Of a stretch of 63,515 bases of DNA, positions 9,915-19,019 are shown in pieces. The notes beneath the pieces are model-generated. The model searched no databases. It was not told the DNA's origin and saw nothing but the letters and a program-made list of their open reading frames with translations. Position numbers and translations under genes: made by a program. Source of the stretch: Pseudobdellovibrionaceae bacterium. Lineage in GTDB: Bacteria; Bdellovibrionota; Bdellovibrionia; Bdellovibrionales; Bdellovibrionaceae. Where the stretch lies: positions 1 through 63,515 of the forward strand of contig JBDHWW010000019.1 of NCBI GenBank assembly GCA_039810425.1, written 5' to 3'. Numbering within the stretch: position 1 is the first letter of the stretch; every line of letters starts with the position of its first letter.

Positions 9915-10790
9915 CTAGACGGAAGAAGAGTTTTTCAACGCCTGCAAATTGTCACTGAAGCTCTCGAAATAGTCCTCGTGAGTGATATACTCTTTTGGGA
10001 ATAGCTTCACAAGAATTTCCGCGTCGATCCTAGCCTGGACTTGAAGGCCTGAAAGGATCTTAAGGTCGGCTCGCTCGGCCTCCTCCAGCAAACGATTGTG
10101 AGCCGTGCATTCTGAGATGTCGACCACGACTCCGCCGGTTTTCATAAAATTAAAATAGGAAAGGTCCCCGAGGACAGTACTATCGTCCTGCAGGACCATT
10201 GTGTTTAACATCAAAGAGCCCGGTTTTTCTTGCACCGTGAGCGTATGCGCCGGAACCGCGTCAATCTTCACACCAAATAAATAACGGCGTAAAAGTTCGA
10301 CCTCTTGCCGGAGTTTATCCGAATCCTCATCCACTAAACTAATATGAGAAAACCCCAAGTGGGCCATCACCGAAGCCGCCACCCGCCCCATATGGTTGGC
10401 ACCGATCACATAGGAGTTCAAACTGATATCAAGATCCCGAAAAGATGAGATGATAAAACCACGCAAAGATTCATACGTGTATAGCCGCGGCCACCACTGC
10501 CCGTTTTCAAGCATTAAAGAATCCGCGCTCTCCAGCCAGCGCACCGCCGCCGGCAACTGCGGAAAATGTTCCAATATCATCGGAGACTCCTCGGGAGCCA
10601 CGCGAAGCATGAGTGCGCCCTCTTGCACGTAGGGAAGCCAAGCCTTCACATCCTTCAGGGGGCGATCTTTTAAAGCTACACATTCCGCGTGCCAATTGCG
10701 GCTCTTGAAATACAGATTCATGTGCCGACCCGACAACGATAACTGGTCGGCGATCTCTAGAATCTTTCCCGTGGGCTTAACGTCGGCCAT
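9915..10790 (-). CDS. Shikimate dehydrogenase (AroE)-fold protein, catalytically degenerate
   Basis: Rossmann-like 'YVIGANHMGRVAASVMAHLGFSHISLVD', 'VVVDI', 'LLEEAERADLKILSGL' match AroE layout; sits at the usual aroE position upstream of pilB. Confidence 0.6.
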   Translation of the reverse strand: MADVKPTGKILEIADQLSLSGRHMNLYFKSRNWHAECVALKDRPLKDVKAWLPYVQEGALMLRVAPEESPMILEHFPQLPAAVRWLESADSLMLENGQWWPRLYTYESLRGFIISSFRDLDISLNSYVIGANHMGRVAASVMAHLGFSHISLVDEDSDKLRQEVELLRRYLFGVKIDAVPAHTLTVQEKPGSLMLNTMVLQDDSTVLGDLSYFNFMKTGGVVVDISECTAHNRLLEEAERADLKILSGLQVQARIDAEILVKLFPKEYITHEDYFESFSDNLQALKNSSSV

Positions 10791-11715
10791 TGAAAAAGTC
10801 CTTTGCCTCTTGGATGTCACTGCGGATTTGACCTAAGAGTTCTTGAACACCCGAAAATTTTCTTTCGTCGCGCAAGTACTGAAGCAAATCCACTTGAATC
10901 TCTTGTCCGTAAATATCCTCGTCAAAATCAAAAAGGTGAGTTTCCGTTTTAATCGGCGGGTTTTTTTCGCCATGAAAGGTCGGATTGAAGCCAATGTTAG
11001 TGACCGACTGATAAGTTTTATGCCGGTAATGAGTCTGCGTAATATAAACGCCCCGGCGAGGTACAAAGTCCACCGTCGGGGTCACATTTGCCGTCGGCAC
11101 CCCGATTGCGCGGCCGCGGGCATCGCCATGATGAACAATCCCACGTATATAGTAATTGCGTCCCAGAAATGCATACACCTTTTGCAAATCGCCAAGTTTA
11201 AGCTCATCGCGGATTTTTGATGAAGACACCACCAAGCCGCCTTCTTCGTGCGCACTGACAACGACGAGCTTAATGCCTTTTTCCTGACAGATCTTTTCGA
11301 GGAACGCAATATCACCGTGGCGGTTGGCGCCGAAAGAAAAATCATAGCCTACAACAAGTGCTTTTACTTTGAGTTTGTCGATCAGATAAAATTGCACAAA
11401 ATCAGAGGCGGACAACTTGGCGAAATTGCGGGTGAACTCCTGCTCAACCAAGTGGGTGATACCCAGATGATCGAGTTGCTCGCGCTGATCACGCTGGTCA
11501 AAAAGACGCTGGATCTTGCGCTCAGGATAAAGAATCGTCACCGGATGCGGGTAAAAAGTAAAGACCGTGATCGGAAGCCCCAGGGTCTTTCCTTCCTGGA
11601 CAGCTCGGCGCAATAGCTTCTGATGGCCAAGATGAACCCCATCAAAGTTCCCAATGCTCACAACCGAGGCACTCCAGTCCTGCGGAAGCTCCTCAACACC
11701 CTGAAAAATCTGCAT
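10777..11715 (-). CDS. ribF: Bifunctional riboflavin kinase/FAD synthetase
   Basis: GNFDGVHLGHQ, VSSSKIR, GRAIGVPTAN, NIGFNPT, ETHLFDF. Confidence 0.96.
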   Translation of the reverse strand: MQIFQGVEELPQDWSASVVSIGNFDGVHLGHQKLLRRAVQEGKTLGLPITVFTFYPHPVTILYPERKIQRLFDQRDQREQLDHLGITHLVEQEFTRNFAKLSASDFVQFYLIDKLKVKALVVGYDFSFGANRHGDIAFLEKICQEKGIKLVVVSAHEEGGLVVSSSKIRDELKLGDLQKVYAFLGRNYYIRGIVHHGDARGRAIGVPTANVTPTVDFVPRRGVYITQTHYRHKTYQSVTNIGFNPTFHGEKNPPIKTETHLFDFDEDIYGQEIQVDLLQYLRDERKFSGVQELLGQIRSDIQEAKDFFNGRR

Positions 11716-11839
11716 CTTCTGATCCTCTAACTGAACAAGGCTCTAGAGCCCACAAAGACCCGCTCCTTGTGATTGTGATAATACTCCATAAGCTCCTTTA
11801 ATTCTTGAATTTTTAGCGGAATTTGCTATGTTGCATCGC

Positions 11840-13696
11840 GTGAAACTAAGCCCTTATTTCAGTCGTATTCAAACGCTTTCGAAGCTCGTTCTGCGTCGCC
11901 GAGGTTTTTGGCTCCGCACCCTGTTGTGCTGGGTGATCGGCATCATGGCCCTTTCGAGTGATGAGGGGAATTCTTACGACCAACGTTTCAATTTGCGTGG
12001 TGATCAGCCAACGTCTTCACAAATCGTTCTCATCACAATCAGACAATCTGATTTTGCCTCGATCTACGAGAAGCGCACGAACTCCATTCAAAATGTCGCC
12101 GACCTCACCGATATCACCGACAGCTTCTTTTGGAATAAAGATATCTGGACGGGCTTGCTTAAAAAAATCCTTGAACAAAGCCCCCAAGCCGTCGGCGTAA
12201 CTTTGTACTTTGGTATCAACGTCGGCGACGTGAGTCTGACTCGTAGTGAAGAAAAACTCTTTAAAGACCCCCGCGTCGTTTGGTCGACGAGCACGAATAA
12301 CTTTGAGCGCCTCTATGAGCCGCTCTTTACCAACGACAAACATGACAACATCGCGACGAACGATCTTCGCCGCGACGAAGATGGCGTTATTCGCCATATC
12401 TTCACCCAAAGCGACGTGGTTCCACACCTGGTGGAAAAGATCACTCACAAGAAGTTCCCGGCGACCCGTACCGGGGTGACCATCAATTACCGTGGGTCCT
12501 CCCACGTGTTCACCCAGTACTCTCTGGCGGAAGTTCTCAATGAGGAAATCCCCGAGAACGCTTTCAAAAATAAGATCATCCTGATCGGCGCTGAAACCAA
12601 CTCGGGACCTCAGTACATCACGCCAGTGGGTTCTCTTTCACGCGCCGAGACACTCGCGCACATTACGGACGATCTCCTGGGCAATAAGTGGATCATCCAG
12701 TGGCACTTCGGGCTTTATGCGCTTTTGATGGCGGCTCTGACCCTGATCGCGGTGTTTCTCATCACACAGTATCCACAATCAGTGGCGCTGGTGTTCATGC
12801 TGTGGTTCGGCCTTTCGATTGCGGCCCTGTCAGCGTGGGTGTTTGACACTTTCTATATCTGGCTTCCGGCCTACTCGCCGTCCATTCTTTTACTGGCAAC
12901 GTGGGTGATCTTCATCGGCTATCAAGCCAATCGCATTGAGCGTTTAAACTTCCACCTGCAACAAGAGCAAAAGTACCTGCAAGAGCTTGAGCAGTTGAAA
13001 AACAACTTCGTAAGCCTCATCAGCCATGACTTGAAAACACCGATTGCTAAAATCCAAGCCATCGTTGATCGCCTGCTGACCCAGCATGAAAGCCCCGAAC
13101 TGCAAGAGGACTTACGCTCTCTCCGTGCGAGCGGCGATGAACTCAACCGCTACGTGCAATCAGTTTTGAAAGTCCTCCGGGTTGAATCACGCGACTTTAA
13201 AGTGCACAAAGAAGTGGCTGATATCAACGAAGTCATCGAAGAAGCCATCCATCAGCTTCGCCCGCTGGCGGCGGAAAAGAACATTCGCATTCAGACCGAA
13301 CTTGAACCGATGTTCTCTGCCGAATTCGATACGACGCTGATTAAAGAAGTCTGCGTGAACCTGATCGACAACGCGATCAAGTACACCCCGCGCAACGGTC
13401 AGATCGAGATCTTCTCGAATGAAACCGATGATTCCATTTTTGTTAAAGTAAAAGACAATGGCGAAGGAATCCGGCCTGAGGATCTCGATAACGTGTGGGG
13501 CAAGTTCACCCGTGGTAAAGACCAAGATATGAAATCAAAAGGTTCCGGCCTGGGGCTCTATCTCGTGAAGTACTTTATCGAGTTGCACGGCGGTAAAGTG
13601 ACCCTGGAATCGAAAATGGGCTCAGGCAGCACAGTGTCATTTACCCTGCCCTTAAGTGATGATACAAACGATAGCCCGCAGGAGGTGATCCTATGA
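11840..13696 (+). CDS. CHASE2-domain sensor histidine kinase
   Basis: N-terminal TM, DEDGVIRH and FKNKIILIG (CHASE2), 3 TM, SHDLKTP, NLIDNAIKY, GSGLGL; start GTG 11840 or ATG 11828. Confidence 0.88.
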   Translation: MKLSPYFSRIQTLSKLVLRRRGFWLRTLLCWVIGIMALSSDEGNSYDQRFNLRGDQPTSSQIVLITIRQSDFASIYEKRTNSIQNVADLTDITDSFFWNKDIWTGLLKKILEQSPQAVGVTLYFGINVGDVSLTRSEEKLFKDPRVVWSTSTNNFERLYEPLFTNDKHDNIATNDLRRDEDGVIRHIFTQSDVVPHLVEKITHKKFPATRTGVTINYRGSSHVFTQYSLAEVLNEEIPENAFKNKIILIGAETNSGPQYITPVGSLSRAETLAHITDDLLGNKWIIQWHFGLYALLMAALTLIAVFLITQYPQSVALVFMLWFGLSIAALSAWVFDTFYIWLPAYSPSILLLATWVIFIGYQANRIERLNFHLQQEQKYLQELEQLKNNFVSLISHDLKTPIAKIQAIVDRLLTQHESPELQEDLRSLRASGDELNRYVQSVLKVLRVESRDFKVHKEVADINEVIEEAIHQLRPLAAEKNIRIQTELEPMFSAEFDTTLIKEVCVNLIDNAIKYTPRNGQIEIFSNETDDSIFVKVKDNGEGIRPEDLDNVWGKFTRGKDQDMKSKGSGLGLYLVKYFIELHGGKVTLESKMGSGSTVSFTLPLSDDTNDSPQEVIL

Positions 13697-15105
13697 CAAA
13701 TATTTTAAACACCCTGATCGTGGATGATGAAGCGGAACTGCGCCGTTCGGTGATCTCGATTCTCAAAACCGCGATTCCCGATGTCGAGTTCGTCATTGAT
13801 GAAGCCAGCACCGGCCGCGAAGCCTTAGACAAAGTCCGTGGTCACAATTTCGACCTTGTTTTGATGGACGTGAAAATGCCGGAAATGAACGGCCTTGAAG
13901 CGCTGGCGGCGATCAAAGAACACGATCCACGCACCTTCGTGGTGTTGATGACCGCTCACAGCAATTTGCAGGACGCGGTCACCGCGATCAAAGACGGTGC
14001 TTACGACTACGTTGAAAAACCAGTGAACCCGCAGCGCCTGACCGAAATCGTCCGCACCTGCCTTGAAGCCCGTGATCTCGTTTCAAGCCTGGCACTTTCA
14101 AATCCCATCTTTGATGATGATATCGAGAGTGAGTTCGTTGGCAGCTCACAAAAAATGAAAGAGGTCTTTAACCTCATCTATCGCCTTTGCAAAGTCGACA
14201 CGACCGTTTTGATCCGCGGTGAAAACGGAACCGGCAAAGAGCTCGTCGCCCGCGCAATTCACTTTAACTCCCCCCGCAAGAGCGGCCCGTTCACCGCAAT
14301 TAACTGCGGTGCGATTCCTGAAAACTTGATGGAGAGCGAGCTCTTCGGCCATGAAAAAGGCGCTTTCACAGGCGCGGTAGAGCGTAAAATCGGTAAATTT
14401 CAGATCGCCAACAACGGCACTTTGTTTTTGGATGAGATCGGCGAACTTCGCCCGGACATGCAGGTGAAATTGCTTCGCGTCCTTCAAGAGAAGAAATTCA
14501 CCCCGGTGGGCTCTAACCGCGAAGTAAAAACCAACACGCGCATTATCGCTGCGACAAATAGAAACCTCGAAAAGATGATGGACGACGGCTCTTTCCGTGA
14601 AGACTTGTTCTATCGTTTGAACGTGATGCCGATCTTCTTGCCGCCCCTTCGCGACCGCACGGATGACATCCCGGCGTTGGTCCCGCATTTTATTAAGAAA
14701 TTTGCAAAACAGCACTCAAGCCCAATCACGGCGATCAGCCCCGAGGCCTTGGAGATTTTAAAATCTTATCGCTGGCCGGGCAATATTCGTGAGCTTGAAA
14801 ACGTGATTGAACGCTCTTTCATCGTTGAGAACTCGAACCAAATCACGGCAACGAGCTTACCGGAAAACATTCGCGAAAGCGGCAAAGACCACGCCTTGCG
14901 GGTGGCACCGCTTGGTTACTCGGGCCCCCTGGATTTTGACGCGTTCAAAGACCAGATGGAAAAGGACTTTATCATCAGTGCGCTGAAAGCGAATAACGGA
15001 CGCATCAACCAAACGGTGGCCCAAGCAAATATTCCTAAGAACACGCTCCTCAGAAAAATACGTAAGTACGGTATCAACGTTAAAGAATACACGGCTGAGG
15101 ATTAA
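13693..15105 (+). CDS. Sigma54-dependent response regulator (NtrC family)
   Basis: Receiver domain, GENGTGKE, GAFTGA, C-terminal HTH; ATGA overlap with the kinase. Confidence 0.92.
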   Translation: MTNILNTLIVDDEAELRRSVISILKTAIPDVEFVIDEASTGREALDKVRGHNFDLVLMDVKMPEMNGLEALAAIKEHDPRTFVVLMTAHSNLQDAVTAIKDGAYDYVEKPVNPQRLTEIVRTCLEARDLVSSLALSNPIFDDDIESEFVGSSQKMKEVFNLIYRLCKVDTTVLIRGENGTGKELVARAIHFNSPRKSGPFTAINCGAIPENLMESELFGHEKGAFTGAVERKIGKFQIANNGTLFLDEIGELRPDMQVKLLRVLQEKKFTPVGSNREVKTNTRIIAATNRNLEKMMDDGSFREDLFYRLNVMPIFLPPLRDRTDDIPALVPHFIKKFAKQHSSPITAISPEALEILKSYRWPGNIRELENVIERSFIVENSNQITATSLPENIRESGKDHALRVAPLGYSGPLDFDAFKDQMEKDFIISALKANNGRINQTVAQANIPKNTLLRKIRKYGINVKEYTAED

Positions 15106-15206
15106 CGACTTTTCTACCCCTTGTCTTTAAGATGGGATAACCTGACGGCCTGGCGGGCCGCCGGGGCAGCTCCCCCCCCCTCAACATTTATAGGGGTCTG
15201 TTTTGA

Positions 15207-15659
15207 CTACTTAAAGCCGCAGTTTTCAAAGTTCGCCGTTAGGCCCATGCCTCCTGTCATACCGGCGAACTTGCGCACGCCATCGCAACCTTTAGTAGAC
15301 ACTTCGATCATGTAAGAGCCATTGGGGGCCACCGGAATCACCGTGCGTTCACCTTTAAAGGTGGTCTCGGCCGTTGACTGTGACATTTCATTTGTGAGCT
15401 TCACCATCGTTGAGCCGCACTGAAAAGCCTTGCCCATTTTATCAATACGGCATTTCACGACCAAGTGACCCGGGATTGAGTCCTTTTTGGATTTGAGGGC
15501 CGCCGCTGTCGCATGAGAACTCGACTGCTCGGCAGAAGCTGGTGATGGCACCGTCGCAACGTAAGGCTTCGCTTCGTCCGCGCTGAGTGGTTTTGTTTCC
15601 GACACACACGCCACCAAAGCCAAAACTGAAAAAGCAGAAATGACATAGTTAAGCTTCAT
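15207..15659 (-). CDS. Hypothetical lipoprotein
   Basis: Lipobox LVAC after MKLNYV; four further Cys; coupled to upstream GT9 gene. Confidence 0.65.
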   Translation of the reverse strand: MKLNYVISAFSVLALVACVSETKPLSADEAKPYVATVPSPASAEQSSSHATAAALKSKKDSIPGHLVVKCRIDKMGKAFQCGSTMVKLTNEMSQSTAETTFKGERTVIPVAPNGSYMIEVSTKGCDGVRKFAGMTGGMGLTANFENCGFK

Positions 15660-16770
15660 GAAGAACTCCCCGAAGTTTCTCAAGCACTTCGTCTTTTGAA
15701 ATCTGTTTCATGCAAATATGCGTACCAATAGGGCATTTGTTGTGCCCATGCTTTCCGCACGGACGGCACGCCAGTCCCTGGGTTTCAACCACGGCCACAT
15801 GGTCCTGCCACGGGCGGAAGCCGAACTCGAGGATTGTCGGGCCAAAAATCACCACCGACGGCGCGCCGCTCGTTGCCGCCAAATGCATCGAAGCACTGTC
15901 ATTGCCAATCACGGCCGCAAGCTGCGACAAGATCAAAGCCGACTCGTAGATTGATGTCTTCGCGCAAAGATCCCGCGCTCCAGGAATCTGCTTTGCGACG
16001 CGGGCACAAAGCTCCTCTTCGCCAGGGCCGCCCATCACAAGTACCGGCACGCCTTGAGCGGAAAGTTTTTGACCAGCCTGTACGTAGCCTTCTTCTTTCC
16101 AACGCTTGGTGGCCCATACACTGCCCGGAAACAAAGCCACAGATTTATTAGCGACGGCTTTTTCCAAATGCGCCTTCGCCAGCGCCACCTCAATGTCCGC
16201 GCGTTGATTGTCATAAAAACCGCAGAGGTTCATAGAAGCCCACCCAGGCGTCTTGGCCAGCAGCCCATCCGCCGCCACGGCGTAAGGCTTTCCTTCCGCC
16301 GCGAAGGTATCGACTTTAGATTTTAAATCCGCATCGTGATTTTGCAAAATGCTGAGCTGGCGGATCGCGTCCGGCAATTGATAATTTTTTTTCACGCGCA
16401 CACCATAAAACAGACCATTCCATGGTTTTGCGAAAGAGATCTTTTCTTTGGCCGTGATTTTCCATGCAAAAAACGCGGTTCGCAGGGATTCATGCGGAGA
16501 AATGATTTTTTCAATTTGCATATGCTGGAGTTTTTTTAAAGCACCCCGATAGGATTCGCCGTCGCCTTTTTGGATCTCGAGAACTTCGTTAACCAGGCCG
16601 GTCTTTGCAAAGAACTCACCCACGCCGCGGCGGCAGACGAGAACAAGTTCTTGTTCCGGCCACAGCTCTTTGATTTTTTTCATCAATGGAATACTTAGGA
16701 GCAAATCTCCGAGAAAGGCGGTTTGGATGAGAACATTGGCAGATCGTTGACCTGCACCTGGTAATGACAC
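15649..16770 (-). CDS. Glycosyltransferase family 9 (heptosyltransferase WaaF-like)
   Basis: IQTAFLGDLLL, PGSVWATKRW, GNDSASMHLA, FGPT, CRPCGKHGHNKCP. Confidence 0.9.
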   Translation of the reverse strand: MSLPGAGQRSANVLIQTAFLGDLLLSIPLMKKIKELWPEQELVLVCRRGVGEFFAKTGLVNEVLEIQKGDGESYRGALKKLQHMQIEKIISPHESLRTAFFAWKITAKEKISFAKPWNGLFYGVRVKKNYQLPDAIRQLSILQNHDADLKSKVDTFAAEGKPYAVAADGLLAKTPGWASMNLCGFYDNQRADIEVALAKAHLEKAVANKSVALFPGSVWATKRWKEEGYVQAGQKLSAQGVPVLVMGGPGEEELCARVAKQIPGARDLCAKTSIYESALILSQLAAVIGNDSASMHLAATSGAPSVVIFGPTILEFGFRPWQDHVAVVETQGLACRPCGKHGHNKCPIGTHICMKQISKDEVLEKLRGVLHEA

Positions 16771-17867
16771 TGAACAAATCCTCTTTTAAGCGCTCCGATA
16801 ATCTCTCTTAATGACACCTGATCGTAGCATAGAGTCGGTTTATCGCAAAGTCTCTTCCAGCACGGAGCGCAAGTCGCCGCCGACAGGATTTTTTCGCCTC
16901 TTTCATATAAATCAATTTCTTGCGCGCATGTAGGGCCAAACCAAGCCACCACATGTTTTTTCAGCGCAATAGCCATATGCATGCCAAGACTGTCCCCGGT
17001 CAGCACCATATCACAGGCGGCAACACTGACAAGGCCATCTCGAAGGCCCGCAGCGGTGGAGCTTGAAATGACCGACAAACCGGTCGCTATTTGGGCATTC
17101 CTTTCGGTATCTTCAGGGCCGCCCAACAAAACCAGGCTGACATTCAATTCTTTTTGAATTGTTTGAATTAGTTCGCGTTGGAACTCCACCGTGAGTTTCT
17201 TGTAGGGGATCACCGAACTGCAGCCGGTATTCAGGCCAAGTACGAACTCCTTATCCTCACGCCACTCATTGTGACGGCGACGCGCTTCGGCCTCTTCCGT
17301 AAGAGTCATCGCAAGGCTGTACTCATCGCGCGCAAAAGGCCCAAGCTCCAAAGCTTCAACCATCAGTTGCGTTTCAGGCTTTTGATTCACATGGAATTTA
17401 CGATGATTATCAAGCCCCAATTGCCAGAGCTCTTCCGCCGCGGCCGTTGCGGGCAAAATTGCACCACCTCGAGAATCGGCCCTAAAACCAAAAACTTGAT
17501 CCACCGTCGTGTGCTTTAAAATACCGGCGGCTTTTAACGATTTATCAATCACGAACGCCACATCGAACTCCAATGCCGCCAGACTCAGAATATCGTCGGT
17601 CTTTGTCGTGAGCACTCGATCAACCAAAGGATGATGCTTTAAAAGCTGATCACTTGGCGCGTCCGTCACCCAAGTGATATGACTTCCCGGAAATTTACGC
17701 TTGATGGGTTTCAGCAAACTTGTTGCCCGAACCACCGCGCCGATCGCGCCCAAATGAACCACTAACAGGTGGGAGGTTGGAATGGATTTTTGCGGGCAAG
17801 ATTCATTGCAAAAAGAGTTTTTGCCACAAGGCTTATAACCGGAGAAATGACGACAGGCACTTACCAT
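16695..17867 (-). CDS. Glycosyltransferase family 9 with Cys-rich N-terminus
   Basis: HLGAIGAVVR, TGDSLGMHMAIA, WFGPT, CAPCW; N-terminal CRHFSGYKPC. Confidence 0.88.
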   Translation of the reverse strand: MVSACRHFSGYKPCGKNSFCNESCPQKSIPTSHLLVVHLGAIGAVVRATSLLKPIKRKFPGSHITWVTDAPSDQLLKHHPLVDRVLTTKTDDILSLAALEFDVAFVIDKSLKAAGILKHTTVDQVFGFRADSRGGAILPATAAAEELWQLGLDNHRKFHVNQKPETQLMVEALELGPFARDEYSLAMTLTEEAEARRRHNEWREDKEFVLGLNTGCSSVIPYKKLTVEFQRELIQTIQKELNVSLVLLGGPEDTERNAQIATGLSVISSSTAAGLRDGLVSVAACDMVLTGDSLGMHMAIALKKHVVAWFGPTCAQEIDLYERGEKILSAATCAPCWKRLCDKPTLCYDQVSLREIIGALKRGFVQCHYQVQVNDLPMFSSKPPFSEICS

Positions 17868-17915
17868 AAACCCATTGTAGACGGATTCAGGCGGACTGGG
17901 ACCTCGACCTAGAGC

Positions 17916-19019
17916 TTAATTATGTCCAGGAATGATCGAAGTGACCTCGGAAACGAGGGTTCCGATCTTAATTTTGGCCTCAATACGAAGCGGATACTTG
18001 GACTCATCGTCCGAGAGCCAGATATAGATGTCCCCGACGGGCTTGAATTTTCCTTTGAGGATAATCTCAGGCTTGATCACCAGAGCTTCCTTTTCACCGA
18101 TCTCAGTGTCGATTTTTTCCCGGCGGAGGCACTTGCCTTTAAAGATCAAGTTCTGCTCATCATCCGCCACACGGAAGGCGATTTCTTTACCTGGTTCCCA
18201 TTGAAAGTTACGCATGTAAAATATGGCGCTAAAAACGTTTTGTGAATAGGGAAGAATATCCCAGGCTTGCTTCTTTTCTTCTTCGCCGCTTTTCTCGGTC
18301 ACTTTCTTTTCCCAGAAAGTCGCACGGCTGGTTTTGTCATCAAAGAGCATCCGTGCTTCCCGAAGCTGACCGGATTCTTTGACATGCAAGGCATAAGTGC
18401 GTGGCACAAGAGTTTCATAGTCAACGTATGTTTCCACACGGTCATTCACGCTGTAAATACGGGAATATACCGGATACGTCGTAATCTCAGTCACAAAATT
18501 ATAAGCTTTGCGGCCGTTCACATTCACCATCGGCTCCACCTTGAGTTTCAATGAGCCCGCGGTGAAAGTCAGATAGCTCACGTCGTGCGTGATCACTTCG
18601 CCGACGCGGAAAGGCTCTTTGAGCGGACGGCGGCCTTGAAAACCAATGTCGTCTTCGATGTCTGGCTGCCGATGAGTTGGTGCTGCGGGCTCCTCCACTT
18701 TTTTGCCTTTTTTGGATTTCGCTGGCGGAGCTTTCTTTGCCGGCTTTGCCACGACCTTCGGCGCTTCTTCTTTCTTTTCCGGAATCATCGTGCGCTCGGT
18801 CTCGGACGGCGTCGCCCGAGGCACCGCAACCGGGGCCTCTTCGTGCTTCGCGGGTTTTGCAGCCCCCCCCGCAGTGGCAACGGACGCGACTTCTTCAACT
18901 TTCACAGCCTTATCGAACTCCGCATTGACTTCAAGTTCTTTGGCTTTTTCGTACTTCAATGGTGCCGAAGAGCAAGAAACGAGCAGAAAACATGCTACGA
19001 AATATCCAAAACGTTTCAC
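17916..19019 (-). CDS. DUF3108-family lipoprotein
   Basis: GTG start overlapping the lpxL stop, lipobox LVSC; PFRVGEVITHDV and IWLSDDESKYPLRIEAKIKIG. Confidence 0.75.
   Translation of the reverse strand: MKRFGYFVACFLLVSCSSAPLKYEKAKELEVNAEFDKAVKVEEVASVATAGGAAKPAKHEEAPVAVPRATPSETERTMIPEKKEEAPKVVAKPAKKAPPAKSKKGKKVEEPAAPTHRQPDIEDDIGFQGRRPLKEPFRVGEVITHDVSYLTFTAGSLKLKVEPMVNVNGRKAYNFVTEITTYPVYSRIYSVNDRVETYVDYETLVPRTYALHVKESGQLREARMLFDDKTSRATFWEKKVTEKSGEEEKKQAWDILPYSQNVFSAIFYMRNFQWEPGKEIAFRVADDEQNLIFKGKCLRREKIDTEIGEKEALVIKPEIILKGKFKPVGDIYIWLSDDESKYPLRIEAKIKIGTLVSEVTSIIPGHN

Noticed and set aside
7133..10790. Calling the pilT-like and aroE-like genes pseudogenes
   Set aside because: Both are full-length with no stops or frameshifts and are coupled to neighbours, so they are treated as degenerate proteins.
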